Notes under the pieces: generated by a model
What the model saw: only the letters and a program-made list of their open reading frames with translations
What the model was told of the DNA's origin: nothing
Database searches by the model: none
Origin: an uncultured Acidimicrobiaceae bacterium
Lineage (GTDB): Bacteria; Actinomycetota; Acidimicrobiia; Acidimicrobiales; Ilumatobacteraceae
Reading direction: 5' to 3'
Assembly (NCBI GenBank): GCA_963791635.1
Contig: CAWBTC010000004.1
Span: forward strand, 20,422 to 84,421
DNA: 64,000 nt
Translations under genes and position numbers: made by a program
Part shown: positions 1 through 10,186 of the stretch, one piece after another
Layout: the number at the start of each line of letters is the position of its first letter
Numbering within the stretch: the stretch's first letter is position 1

Positions 1-219
1 TCATTTCGGTGCTGCTCAGCGGCGCTGTCGTCAGCCACGCCTCGTCCGTGCGTCCACGGGTTCCGGCCACGACGTCTCCAGATCTTGACGAAGACGTGAC
101 GAATCCGCTCAAGCCGGCGCCGCCCAGGCCGATGAGAACGAAGTCACCGCGTTTGGGAGAACGCGGCGCGCTGAACCACGCCGGGATGCACCGGCACACG
201 TCGAAGGGCTCCCCACGTC

Positions 220-3200
220 ATGCCGAACCTCGCCTCCGTACACGCACCGACCTCGCGTCGAGCACGCCACGCACGTCCCGATCGACCACGCCGACACCTG
301 GCTGCGATCCCGGTGGCACTCACCACGCTCGCGGTCTCGTTGGTCGTGTCCGTGGCTGGGGTGATCGTCGATCCGTCTGCAGCACCCGTGATCGCAGCCG
401 GTACGCCGAACATCGTGGTGACCAAGACGGCCGATGCCCGCACGTTGATCGGCGCGACGACGACTGTCACCCTCCAAGCCTGCAATCCGACGCTCACCGA
501 CGGCTTCAACCTCTCGTACCGCGATGTCATCCCGACCGGGCTCGCGCTCACCGCCGCCACCCCGGCGCCCACCCGCATCGTCGCCAACCAGCCCGTCGCC
601 GGCGCGACGACCCTCATCTGGGAGAACGTGTCCGACCTGCTCGCCGGGAGCTGCAACTCGGTCACCTACGGCATCGACACCAACCCGGACAACGTCCTGT
701 CGACAAATCAGGTGGGGAGCACCTTCGGCTCGGCAGGCAGTGCATACGTGAACACCGATCCGTTCACGGTCCCCGACTTCGACGCTGCCGGCAACCAGAC
801 CACCGACGACACGGGCGACGACAGCGACGGCCCGACCGTCACCACGATCGCCGCGTTCATCGCGGAGAAGGATGCTGGCAATGCCGGCGAGGGCGAGCTG
901 CTGCGCGGTGTCCACGGCTCGGAGCCGAAGACATACACCCTGCGCGTGCGCAACAACCCCGAGACCGCCACGAACGACTTCACCGTCGTCGACGTGCTGC
1001 CTGCGTCGCTGGAGTTCCTCGGTTGCGAGTCGTACACCTCCCCCGGCTACGTCGCCGGCACCGACAACACCCTCGACGCACCCACCAACGAAACGGTTGG
1101 TGCCCAGACGGAGGAGTACCCCGGTTCCGGCCGCATGGTCATCGGCCCGACGTCAGCCACCTGCCTCGAGCCCACCACCATCGAGACGCTTGCGAACGGG
1201 TCCACGCGCGTGACATGGAGCTCGGCCGACCTTGCCGCCGCAGGCGACCTTGCGGCAAACGGCGTCCTCACCATCACCTACCTCGCCGGCATCCCGTTGC
1301 GTGAGAACACCAACACCTGGACCGGCACGAAGCCCTCCGATGCCAGCCTGGGTCAGGGCCGCAACCTCGACAACAACTCCGGTGCACCCACCTCCGAGAA
1401 CGCGAGCGAGCCGGGCGTGACGAACAGCCTTTCGGCGACAGGTACCTATCAGGGGCCGTCGACCAGCGGCAGCAACCCGACCCTCGTCGATTCGACGACG
1501 GCGACGGTGACCTCGGAGGACCTCGTCATCCGCAAGTCGGCCGTCGGTCAGGTGGTCCAGGGCACCTTCGTCACGTCCACCCTCGTCATCGAGGCCAGCG
1601 AGTACCGCGACTTCACCAGCCTCGTCGTCACCGACACCCTCCCCGACGGTCTGTGTCCGGTCGCGGCAGTGGCCGTCTCGTTCGATGCCGACTGCGGCAC
1701 CGGTGCCAACCCGACCATCGACACCGGTAGCGGCCCGCTCCCGGCACCGTACACCTCGGCCGTCGAGAACGCCGACGGCACGTGGACCCTCGTGTGGGAC
1801 GACGCCCTCGCAGGTCTCACCACCCTCGCCCACAGCTCGCGGATCACCATCACGTTCCAGTCGCGGGTTCGCAACTTCTACCAGCAGAACGGCTCGCCCG
1901 AGCCCGGGCGTCCGATCTTGAACTTCGACTCGCTCACGAACCAGGTGGCCGTCGAGGCCCCGGACTTCAAACGACTCACCATCGACGCCACCTCGGGTGA
2001 TCCCGAACCGGACAACCAACTCGACTTCGACGTGTCGTCGGCCAGCATCACCGGCATCGGACCGTCGATCGACAAGCGCGTGTCCACCCGCAGCGGTGTG
2101 CTCGCCGGTTCGACCAACTCCGCCGCCAACATCGGCAACACCTGCCGCGACGACAACTCGATCGTCTGGGATGACGGGAACCCGACCGCCGTCGCCGGTT
2201 TCCGTCCGGGCGACTTCGTCTGCTTCGACCTGCGGGCGAGCTTCCCGGCCTTCGTCGATGCCGACGGCGTCGATGTGGAGGACTACCTCCCCGCACAGTT
2301 CGAGCTCGTGGCGGGTTCGGCCCGTCGGGTCACCGGTGGGACCTCGCCGGACACTCTTGCGGGAACCACGGTGGCCGAGAGCCCCGGTGTGAACGACCTG
2401 ATCACCTTCACCCTCGAGAGCACCGGCCAGGTGCCGTCGAGTCCGACCGGCCAGCAGTTCCACTGGACCGTGGCTGCCCGGCTGATCGATCCGGCCCTCA
2501 GCGCTGCGTACGACATCAACGCCAACCTGATGAAGATGACCACCCGCAACTCCGCCGGTGCGGTGTTCATGTACCGCGACCAGTCCACGGCTGAGTGGAC
2601 CGAGCCGCAGGTGAAGCTCGACAAGACGAACAACGCCTCGGGCGCGCTCGACGCGGGCGACACCGTCGACTACACGATCAAGGTGTGGAACGACGGCAAC
2701 ATCGCCGCCGCAAACGCCGAGGTGTGGGACCGGCTCCCGGCCGGCATCACGTGTGCCGACGTCACCACGTCATCGCCCACCGCGGTCTGCGCATCGAACA
2801 TCCTGGTGTGGGACGCCGCCGACATCCCGACGGTCGCTGCGGTCACCAGTCTCGCCACGGCGCCCGTGACCCTCACCTACACCGTCGACCTCCCGGCCGG
2901 CGTCGATCCAGGCCGTGTCTACACCAACACCGCCGGCGTGCGCCGCTACGAGGCAGCGTCCAACGCGACCGACAGCCCGTTCATCTACTACCCGTCGTCC
3001 AACATCGACCCGATCGTCATCCCGAACACAGGCCCGGCGAGCGACACCAGCCAGATCACCATCACCGCGGCGATGATCGCCAAGGTGCAGCAATCGAGCG
3101 TCAACGACGCCTTCGGCAACGCCGGCAACGTCGCGCCCGCGACGACCGCTGAGCGCGCCACCATCGGTGAGACCATCACCTACACCGTCACCGCCACCAT

Positions 3201-6200
3201 CCCGGAGGGCACCACGGTGATCGACGCTCGAATCGTCGATGCGCTCGACGGTGACCTGATCCTCGATGCTGCGCCCTCCGTGGTCGTCAACGGTCTGCCC
3301 GACGCGAGTTGGGTGATCACCGCACCGGCGATCGGCGCCGGCGGCACCGTCCAAGTGGACCGTGCAGGCACCTACCTCAACACCGCCGCCTCCGGCGCCG
3401 ACGTCGTGACCCTCACGATCGTCGCTCGGGTTCGCAACGTCGGCGGCACCGTCGCCGGCAGCGCGATCTCCAACACCTCGTCGTTCTCGCACCTGCCTTC
3501 GCCGTCGATCGGCACGACCCGCGTCACCGTGAACGGCAACACCGTCTCTGCCACCGTGGTCGAGCCGTCGATCAGCATCTCCAAGAACGAGAACGATGCA
3601 GACGACATCGTCGTCCCCAACGACACCCTGATCTACACCCTCACCGTGTCCAACGCTTCCGGCGCGAACCGGTCCCGGGCGAACGACCACGTCGTCGTCG
3701 ACACCATCCCGGCCGGCGTCACCGTGGTCAACAGTGGCGTACCTGTCGTCGACGGCGGCGCTGTCAACCCCGACGGCGGCATCTGGAACCAGGCCGCACG
3801 CACGATCACGTGGGACACGACGACGACCGCCGCCAAGCTCGCCACCGTCAACCCTGGAGCGAACACCACCCTCACCTACAGCATCGTCGTCGATGATCCG
3901 GCCACGTCCGGCTCGATCTTCACCAACAACGTGACGGTCAGCGCCACCAGCATGATCGGCACAGTCACTGGCGAGCGCACGAGCTACTCGGCCAATGCCA
4001 CCGACACGGTCACCGCTCCGCCCGCCAGCGTCGCCAAGTCGGTCAGTCCCACATCGGCAACCATCGGTGACACCGTCACCTACACCATCGACGCAACCGT
4101 GCCCGCCGGCATCACCGCCTACGACGCGACCGTGCTCGACACCCTCCCTGACGGGATGGACTTCCGTGCCTACGGCACGATCAACTACACGGGCGTCAGC
4201 ACCGGCTGCCCCTCGATCGCCGGAGCGCAGGGCATCGCCACCCAGACGGCAAATGGTGACGGCTCCACCACGATCGGCTTCTGGATCGACGACTTCACGT
4301 CGCCGGCCGGCAACAGCTGCACGATCCGGATCACCTACACCGCGCGGGTCGACAACACCTACGTGCCCGAGGGCACGAACGTCGTGAACAACCAGACCCT
4401 CGTCAACAGCGCCCGGATCCACTGGAACAGCACGAACAGCGTCTCGTCGCTCCCGGCCAACCCACCGGCCGCCGGGTCGTTCACCGCCGGCTCCAACACG
4501 GCCACGGCCACCTTGACGGTCCGCGAGCCCGTCGTGGTGATCGACAAGGACGTGTCCCAGAGCCCGTGTGATGCCACTCCCGGCAACGTCGGCGACAACG
4601 ACACCTGCAACACCGACATCAACGCAGGCACCTACACCTACACCCTGACCGTTCGGAACACCTCCACCACCTGGCCGGCCCACGACATCTCCGTCGTCGA
4701 CGCCCCCGATGCCGACCTCGTCAACGTCACCGTGCCGGGATCGTCCGGTGCGATCACCGTCGTCGACGGCACCGCCCCGAACCTCGAGTGGCTGATCAGC
4801 ACGATCGCCCCGACTTCGACCGTCACCATCACCTACACCGCGCAGCTGGCCGCGTCGGCGACGCTGAACGACGGTGAGCAGATCGTCAACACCGCCGATG
4901 TGCCCACCTACTACGGCCAACCCGCTGCCACCCGCAGCGCCGACCCGGTCGCCGAGTGGCGCACCTACGGTCAGGGCGGCGCCGGCGGTGACGTCACGGC
5001 CGATACCGTCACCATGACCGTCGGCTTCCCGCACGTCACCGTGGTGAAGACCGCGATCTCCGATGCCACCGACGCTCGCGCCGGGGTGGCGTTCGCCTGG
5101 CGCATCGTCGCCACCAACACCGCCACCGAGCCGACCGCTGCCGCATACGGCGTCGACATCGATGACGTGCTCCCTGCGGGCTGGGTGTACCAGACCGGTT
5201 CGACGAGCATCACGACGCCGTACGGCACCATCACCACCGACCCGGTGTGCACCCCGGACTGTGCGACGCCCGGCGCCACGCTGGCGTGGTCGAACGTGAT
5301 CAGCGGTGCGGGCCAGCCACTCAACCCCGGCATCACGATCACCGTCGACTTCAACGCTGCCCCGCAGGCCTCACTGCTCACCATCCCCACCACTGGCACG
5401 TTCGATCACACGAACACCGCCGGCGTGGCCGGCGCAGAGGACGTCACCGGTTCGAGTTCGAACGCCGACGGCACCTACGTCGGTCCGGACAGCACGGCCA
5501 CCGCACGCATCCGCCGCACGGACCTCTCGGTCACCAAGACCGTGAGTGCCGGCCCCTACTCGTTCGGCAACGAGGTCAACTGGACCGTCGTGGTCGCCAA
5601 CGCCGGACCTGACGCAGCCACCGGCGTCACCCTCGCCGACGTGCTCCCCGTGGGCCTCATCTACGTCACCACCGTCTCGGCCAGCCAGGGCACCTACAGC
5701 TCGGGCACCGGCATCTGGACGGTCGGCACCGTGAACAACGGTGCCAACGCCACGCTCGTGATCCGCACCCGCCTCAACCAGATCGGTGCGATCACGAACC
5801 GGGCCGAGGTGCAGACCAGCAACCAGTGGGACGTCGACTCGATCCCCAACAGCCAGGGCACCGTCGTCAACGAAGACGACGACGACACTGTCACCATCAC
5901 TGCGGGTTTCACCAGCCTCGGTGACTACGTCTGGTACGACGTCGACGGGGACTCCCTCGCCGACGTCAGCGAGCCGGGCATCCCCGGCGTCCGGGTGGTC
6001 CTCGAGTCCGAGGGCCTCGACAACACCTTCGGCACCAGTGACGACTACTGGGGTCCCGACGGCGTGTTGGGTGGCGGCGACGACATCACCGTCACCGATG
6101 CCACGACGAACGGCACTGGCTTCTACGGGTTCTCGAACCTGCCCACCGGCGACTACCGAGTTCGTGTCGACACGACCACCCTGCCGACCGGCATGGCGCC

Positions 6201-8637
6201 GACCTACAACGACGACGCGCCGAACACGGCCGATCCCGACCTCGATCATCGCACCGGGCTGATCACCCTCAACTCGAGCACCGGCTATCTGGACGCCGAC
6301 TTCGGCTACACCGGCACCGGCTCGCTGGGAGACACGATCTGGCTCGACAAGGACGCCTCGGGTGGCGCCACCCAGCAGATCGGCGAGCCGGGTCTTCCCG
6401 GTCTCGACGTCACGCTCGTGTGGGGCGGCTTCGACGGCAACCTCTCCACCACTGCCGACAACATCACCTACCCGATCGACACCACCAACGCGTCCGGCCA
6501 GTACCTCTTCACGCTGCTGCCCGCCGGCGCCTACCGTGCGACGGTCGATGCGACCGATGTGCCGACAGGAACGAACCAGACGTTCGACCTCGACGGCACG
6601 ACGAGTGCCGACACGGTCACGACGTCGCTCACCGCTGGCCAGAACCGACTCGACGTCGACTTCTCGTACGCCGGAGACGGCTCCATCGGCGATCGCATCT
6701 GGTACGACCGTGACGGCGACGGCGTGCTCGACGCTGGCGAGACCGGCATCGCGAACATCGATGTCACCGTTGTCTGGCTGGGCGACGACGGCGTGTCCGG
6801 TGGCGGCGACGACGTGTTGTTCACCACCACGACCGACGCCACCGGCACCTACCTCATCGACCACCTCCCGGCCGGCAACTTCAACGTCCTGGTGGACTCC
6901 GGCGACCTGCCCGCGGGGATGCAGGCCACCTACGACCTCGACGGGACGGGCACCACCCACACGGCGGCTGTGAGCCTCGTCGCCGGCCAGGATCGGGTTG
7001 ACGTCGACTTCGGCTACATCGGTCTGGCGTCCATCGGCGACAAGGTGTGGTTCGACATCGACGGCGACGGTGCTCCGGCGCCCGAACCCGGTGATCCCGG
7101 CCTTGCCGGCGTCACCGTGACGGTGCGCTGGGCAGGCCCCGACAACACCTTCGGCAACACCGACGATGTCGTGGTGATCACCACGACCGATTCCGACGGT
7201 GACTACCTCGTCTCCGACCTGCCGTACGGTCCGGTCCGTGTGACGGTCGACTCGGCCGCCTTGGTCGGCTTCGACCCCACCTTCGACGGTGACGGCATCG
7301 GCACCGCCTACACCGTGGAGATCACCCTCACCGCCGACAATGGCGGTACGGTCGGCATCGACGAGGCCAATCGTCGTGACGCCGACTTCGCCTACACCGG
7401 CACTGGATCCATCGGTGACCTGGTGTGGGAAGACATCGACGGCAACGGTTCGATCAACGCCACCGAGACCGGGCTCGACGCCGTCGGCCTCACCATCACC
7501 TGGGCAGGCATCGACGGTGTCACCGGCAACGGTGACGACGTCAGCTGGACGACCACCACCGCCGGTGGCGGCGCCTACGTCGTCGACATGCTGCCCGCCG
7601 GCAGCTACACCGTGGTGGTCAACACCGCCACCGTGCCGGCTGGCATGGTCAGCGTCAGCGAGCTCGATCCCACCCACGACTCGCGCGCCAACGCCGGTCT
7701 CACGGCAGGTCAGGACCGCCGCGACGTGGACTTCGGCTACCAGCTCCAAGCCGATCTCAGCATCGACAAGTCTCACACCGGCCGCTTCGAAGTCGGCCAG
7801 AACGGGGTCTACACCCTGGTCGTCCGCAACGTCGGGCCCGCCTCGGCGCTCACCCCGCGGGTGACCGATGTGCTGCCGAACGGCCTCACGTTCGTCACGG
7901 CCGTCGGGACCGGGGCAACCTGCACCGCCGTCGGTCAGTCGGTCACCTGTGATCTGCTCACGATGGCGGTCAACGACACCATCACGATCACCCTCACGGT
8001 GGCCGTCGGGCGGGCGGCCGCCCCTGGCGTCACGAACAGCGCGTCGGTTTCGTCGCCCACCACCGACCCGGTGCCGGCGAACAACACCGACACCGACCCG
8101 ACGGAGGTGCCGCTGGCCGACCTGTCGATCAGCAAGCGCCTCGAGGGCACCCTGGTCGCCAACAGCACGGTCACCTACGTGCTCGAAGCCACCAACCTCG
8201 GCCCCAGCCCGTCGGGCGCACCGATCGTCATCACCGACGACCTGCCCGCCGGACTCACCTTCGTCGATGCCACCAGCACCTCAGCGAGCTGCACCTCCAT
8301 CGGCCAGGTGGTCACGTGCCGCTCGACCGCGAGCGTCGCTGTCGGTCAGGTGGTGCGGGTGGATCTCCGGGTGCGGGTGACGGCGACCGCCGGCTCGGCG
8401 ATCGTCAACAACGCCACGGTGACCGGTGATCCTTCGTTCGGCTCTTCGGTGCCGACCGACCCAGCCACGTCGAACAATGCGGTGTCGACGCCGTCGTCAG
8501 TGGTGTCGTCGAACCTGCCGCGGACCGGTTGGGACCTGATCCAGCAGTGGACACAGACCGCACTCTGGCTGATCGCACTCGGCGGGTTCACCGTCCTGAT
8601 CGGTCGCCGCCGCCGGCGCCCGATCCCCATGGTCTGA
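220..8637 (+). CDS. Giant (2805 aa) cell-surface protein with an N-terminal signal/TM segment, many DUF11-type repeat modules, five SdrD B-like repeats and a C-terminal LPXTG-type sorting signal
   Basis: Single uninterrupted ORF. The N-terminus has a basic region followed by hydrophobic AAIPVALTTLAVSLVVSVAGVIV. The DUF11 signature recurs (..YTItV.N.G...A..V.V.D.LP.G). The C-terminus reads LPRTG, then the hydrophobic helix ALWLIALGGFTVLIG, then RRRRR. Confidence 0.9.
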   Translation: MPNLASVHAPTSRRARHARPDRPRRHLAAIPVALTTLAVSLVVSVAGVIVDPSAAPVIAAGTPNIVVTKTADARTLIGATTTVTLQACNPTLTDGFNLSYRDVIPTGLALTAATPAPTRIVANQPVAGATTLIWENVSDLLAGSCNSVTYGIDTNPDNVLSTNQVGSTFGSAGSAYVNTDPFTVPDFDAAGNQTTDDTGDDSDGPTVTTIAAFIAEKDAGNAGEGELLRGVHGSEPKTYTLRVRNNPETATNDFTVVDVLPASLEFLGCESYTSPGYVAGTDNTLDAPTNETVGAQTEEYPGSGRMVIGPTSATCLEPTTIETLANGSTRVTWSSADLAAAGDLAANGVLTITYLAGIPLRENTNTWTGTKPSDASLGQGRNLDNNSGAPTSENASEPGVTNSLSATGTYQGPSTSGSNPTLVDSTTATVTSEDLVIRKSAVGQVVQGTFVTSTLVIEASEYRDFTSLVVTDTLPDGLCPVAAVAVSFDADCGTGANPTIDTGSGPLPAPYTSAVENADGTWTLVWDDALAGLTTLAHSSRITITFQSRVRNFYQQNGSPEPGRPILNFDSLTNQVAVEAPDFKRLTIDATSGDPEPDNQLDFDVSSASITGIGPSIDKRVSTRSGVLAGSTNSAANIGNTCRDDNSIVWDDGNPTAVAGFRPGDFVCFDLRASFPAFVDADGVDVEDYLPAQFELVAGSARRVTGGTSPDTLAGTTVAESPGVNDLITFTLESTGQVPSSPTGQQFHWTVAARLIDPALSAAYDINANLMKMTTRNSAGAVFMYRDQSTAEWTEPQVKLDKTNNASGALDAGDTVDYTIKVWNDGNIAAANAEVWDRLPAGITCADVTTSSPTAVCASNILVWDAADIPTVAAVTSLATAPVTLTYTVDLPAGVDPGRVYTNTAGVRRYEAASNATDSPFIYYPSSNIDPIVIPNTGPASDTSQITITAAMIAKVQQSSVNDAFGNAGNVAPATTAERATIGETITYTVTATIPEGTTVIDARIVDALDGDLILDAAPSVVVNGLPDASWVITAPAIGAGGTVQVDRAGTYLNTAASGADVVTLTIVARVRNVGGTVAGSAISNTSSFSHLPSPSIGTTRVTVNGNTVSATVVEPSISISKNENDADDIVVPNDTLIYTLTVSNASGANRSRANDHVVVDTIPAGVTVVNSGVPVVDGGAVNPDGGIWNQAARTITWDTTTTAAKLATVNPGANTTLTYSIVVDDPATSGSIFTNNVTVSATSMIGTVTGERTSYSANATDTVTAPPASVAKSVSPTSATIGDTVTYTIDATVPAGITAYDATVLDTLPDGMDFRAYGTINYTGVSTGCPSIAGAQGIATQTANGDGSTTIGFWIDDFTSPAGNSCTIRITYTARVDNTYVPEGTNVVNNQTLVNSARIHWNSTNSVSSLPANPPAAGSFTAGSNTATATLTVREPVVVIDKDVSQSPCDATPGNVGDNDTCNTDINAGTYTYTLTVRNTSTTWPAHDISVVDAPDADLVNVTVPGSSGAITVVDGTAPNLEWLISTIAPTSTVTITYTAQLAASATLNDGEQIVNTADVPTYYGQPAATRSADPVAEWRTYGQGGAGGDVTADTVTMTVGFPHVTVVKTAISDATDARAGVAFAWRIVATNTATEPTAAAYGVDIDDVLPAGWVYQTGSTSITTPYGTITTDPVCTPDCATPGATLAWSNVISGAGQPLNPGITITVDFNAAPQASLLTIPTTGTFDHTNTAGVAGAEDVTGSSSNADGTYVGPDSTATARIRRTDLSVTKTVSAGPYSFGNEVNWTVVVANAGPDAATGVTLADVLPVGLIYVTTVSASQGTYSSGTGIWTVGTVNNGANATLVIRTRLNQIGAITNRAEVQTSNQWDVDSIPNSQGTVVNEDDDDTVTITAGFTSLGDYVWYDVDGDSLADVSEPGIPGVRVVLESEGLDNTFGTSDDYWGPDGVLGGGDDITVTDATTNGTGFYGFSNLPTGDYRVRVDTTTLPTGMAPTYNDDAPNTADPDLDHRTGLITLNSSTGYLDADFGYTGTGSLGDTIWLDKDASGGATQQIGEPGLPGLDVTLVWGGFDGNLSTTADNITYPIDTTNASGQYLFTLLPAGAYRATVDATDVPTGTNQTFDLDGTTSADTVTTSLTAGQNRLDVDFSYAGDGSIGDRIWYDRDGDGVLDAGETGIANIDVTVVWLGDDGVSGGGDDVLFTTTTDATGTYLIDHLPAGNFNVLVDSGDLPAGMQATYDLDGTGTTHTAAVSLVAGQDRVDVDFGYIGLASIGDKVWFDIDGDGAPAPEPGDPGLAGVTVTVRWAGPDNTFGNTDDVVVITTTDSDGDYLVSDLPYGPVRVTVDSAALVGFDPTFDGDGIGTAYTVEITLTADNGGTVGIDEANRRDADFAYTGTGSIGDLVWEDIDGNGSINATETGLDAVGLTITWAGIDGVTGNGDDVSWTTTTAGGGAYVVDMLPAGSYTVVVNTATVPAGMVSVSELDPTHDSRANAGLTAGQDRRDVDFGYQLQADLSIDKSHTGRFEVGQNGVYTLVVRNVGPASALTPRVTDVLPNGLTFVTAVGTGATCTAVGQSVTCDLLTMAVNDTITITLTVAVGRAAAPGVTNSASVSSPTTDPVPANNTDTDPTEVPLADLSISKRLEGTLVANSTVTYVLEATNLGPSPSGAPIVITDDLPAGLTFVDATSTSASCTSIGQVVTCRSTASVAVGQVVRVDLRVRVTATAGSAIVNNATVTGDPSFGSSVPTDPATSNNAVSTPSSVVSSNLPRTGWDLIQQWTQTALWLIALGGFTVLIGRRRRRPIPMV
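5920..7740 (+). repeat. Five tandem SdrD B-like (Ca-binding, Cna-B-type) domain repeats inside the giant surface protein
   Basis: Each repeat opens with GD.(V/I)W.D.DG(D/N)G. The starts are at 5920 (GDYVWYDVDGD), 6328 (GDTIWLDKD), 6688 (GDRIWYDRDGDG), 7033 (GDKVWFDIDGDG) and 7414 (GDLVWEDIDGNG). Each repeat ends in ..DVDFGY. Confidence 0.8.
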
Positions 8638-8643
8638 TCGTGA

Positions 8644-8671
8644 GCGGCCCGGCCGGCAACGGTCGGGCCGC
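8644..8671 (+). terminator. GC-rich hairpin downstream of the giant surface-protein gene
   Basis: gcggcccg (8644-8651) pairs with cgggccgc (8664-8671) across a 12-nt loop, 7 nt after the stop codon. There is no U-tract. Confidence 0.35.
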
Positions 8672-8722
8672 GATCGACTGTCGTCGCTCGTAGCTCGGAG
8701 CTGAGCAACGACCCGACCGAAG

Positions 8723-8950
8723 TCAGGTGACGAGCGCCGCGAGCGCGGCGATTGCGACCACGAAACCGATCGCCGCCATCGTGATGCTCCGGCCCCGCGG
8801 CGCCTGCTCGAGATCGCCCTCCTGACGGGGCGTCTCAGGCGGGCGCACGAGGGCCATCACGTTGCCCACGAACATCGCGCCACCGAGCGCGAGCAGGATC
8901 CACACGATCAGGTCGTCTCCGAGCAACAGCCCGGTGTCGGCAGCGAGCAT
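8723..8950 (-). CDS. Small membrane protein with two predicted TM helices
   Basis: Internal ATG (cat 8948-8950) gives MLAADTGLLLGDDLIVWILLALGGAMFVGNVMALV...ITMAAIGFVVAIAALAALVT. The longer ORF, up to 9091, would overlap the divergent VOC gene. Confidence 0.55.
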   Translation of the reverse strand: MLAADTGLLLGDDLIVWILLALGGAMFVGNVMALVRPPETPRQEGDLEQAPRGRSITMAAIGFVVAIAALAALVT

Positions 8951-9040
8951 CGGCGCACTGGTCGGAACAGAGATCGGGAACACAGCGCCAGTGTGCCGTC
9001 CGCACCAACGGCCGACACCTCGGCGTGACAGACTTTCCAC

Positions 9041-9604
9041 ATGGGCTTCCACCACATCGCCTTCGCCACCCGTGACGCCGAGGCCACGCATCAGTTCTAC
9101 GCCGAGGTGATGGGGTTCACCCTGGTGAAGACGAACGTGTCACCCACGCCCGGCACGCACGGCGGGTGGAGCAAGCACTTCTTCTACGACACGTCCGGTG
9201 TGACCGGCGGATCGCCCGACGCCGGGATGATCGCGTTCTGGGACATCCATGACAGCGAGATCGGCACCGACTTCGAGGTCGACCTCAACGCCAAGGCCGG
9301 CCTGCCCGGTTGGGTGAACCACTACGCCTTCGATGCGCCGACGATGGCCGACCTCGAGCGGCATCGTGAACGGTGGCGCAGCCACGGGCACACCGTCGTG
9401 GAGATCGATCACGACTTCTGCATCAGCATCTACATCGACGACCCCAACGGCAACATGGTCGAGTTCTGCCACACCGCGCGGGACTTCACACCCGAGGAAC
9501 GGGCGAACGCCGTCGCGATCCTCCACGACCCCAATCCGGCGATGGAGCCTCACGCGGCGAAGATCTCCGTGCACCACCCGATCACGGCCGACGCGTCTGC
9601 CTGA
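9041..9604 (+). CDS. VOC (glyoxalase/bleomycin-resistance/dioxygenase) family protein
   Basis: The N-terminus MGFHHIAFATRDAEATHQFYAEVMGFTLV is a typical VOC beta-alpha-beta-beta-beta module start. The module repeats at WVNHYAFDAPTMADLERHRERW. Confidence 0.75.
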   Translation: MGFHHIAFATRDAEATHQFYAEVMGFTLVKTNVSPTPGTHGGWSKHFFYDTSGVTGGSPDAGMIAFWDIHDSEIGTDFEVDLNAKAGLPGWVNHYAFDAPTMADLERHRERWRSHGHTVVEIDHDFCISIYIDDPNGNMVEFCHTARDFTPEERANAVAILHDPNPAMEPHAAKISVHHPITADASA

Positions 9605-9694
9605 CCGGTGAACACCCGTGCGCGACCCGTCGTGGATGACGGAAACTGCGCGACGACCTGAAAGAGATCGGCCTCGCCGGGGCTCATCATCGAT

Positions 9695-10186
9695 GTGACC
9701 CGACCGCCCGAGCGCGAACTGGACCTCGACGCCGACACTGCTCGTGACGGCCGGCTCGTGCGTGTCGAGCAGACCGTGAGACGAGCGCTCGTCGCCCGCA
9801 ACGGCATCGACGCCGGATGCGAGGCCGCTGCCGAGGCGATGGCCTGGGCCGTCGAGCACCGCAGTCGGCTCGACGAGATCGAGCACCTCGCCGGCTACCT
9901 CTACCGGGTGGGCCAGTCGTCGCTGCGCCGCCAACGTCTCTGGCCGCGCCCGGTGCCCGTGCGTTTCGAGACGGCGATCGATCCCGAGCTGCCGTTCGAC
10001 CACGATCTGTTCGATGCGCTGACGCAGCTCGGCCATGAGCAACGCGTCGCCGTGGTGATGGTTCACATGTACGGCCACCGCTACCGCGAGGTGGCCGAGC
10101 TGCTCGAGGTGACCGAGGCCGCGGTCACCAACCACGTCCACCGCGGGCTTGCCCGCCTTCGCACCCTGTTGGGAGACCCGGCATGA
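9695..10186 (+). CDS. Sigma-70 family (ECF-type) RNA polymerase sigma factor
   Basis: Region 4 helix-turn-helix: LGHEQRVAVVMVHMYGHRYREVAELLEVTEAAVTNHVHRGLARLRTLL. Small size (163 aa). The stop overlaps the next gene's ATG as ATGA. Confidence 0.8.
   Translation: MTRPPERELDLDADTARDGRLVRVEQTVRRALVARNGIDAGCEAAAEAMAWAVEHRSRLDEIEHLAGYLYRVGQSSLRRQRLWPRPVPVRFETAIDPELPFDHDLFDALTQLGHEQRVAVVMVHMYGHRYREVAELLEVTEAAVTNHVHRGLARLRTLLGDPA

Noticed and set aside
1-219. A partial gene running off the left edge on the minus strand.
   Set aside because: Hand translation of the three minus frames gave either no start codon after the last stop or Arg-rich sequence. The region is treated as the 5' upstream region of the giant surface-protein gene.
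2770-7776. Long minus-strand ORFs (2770..5034, 754 aa; 5371..7776, 801 aa) inside the giant surface-protein gene.
   Set aside because: They lie antisense to a gene with clear domain structure. Their composition is dominated by Arg/Gly/Asp/Val (RGGDGVGD...), with no recognisable motifs. They are typical high-GC shadow ORFs.
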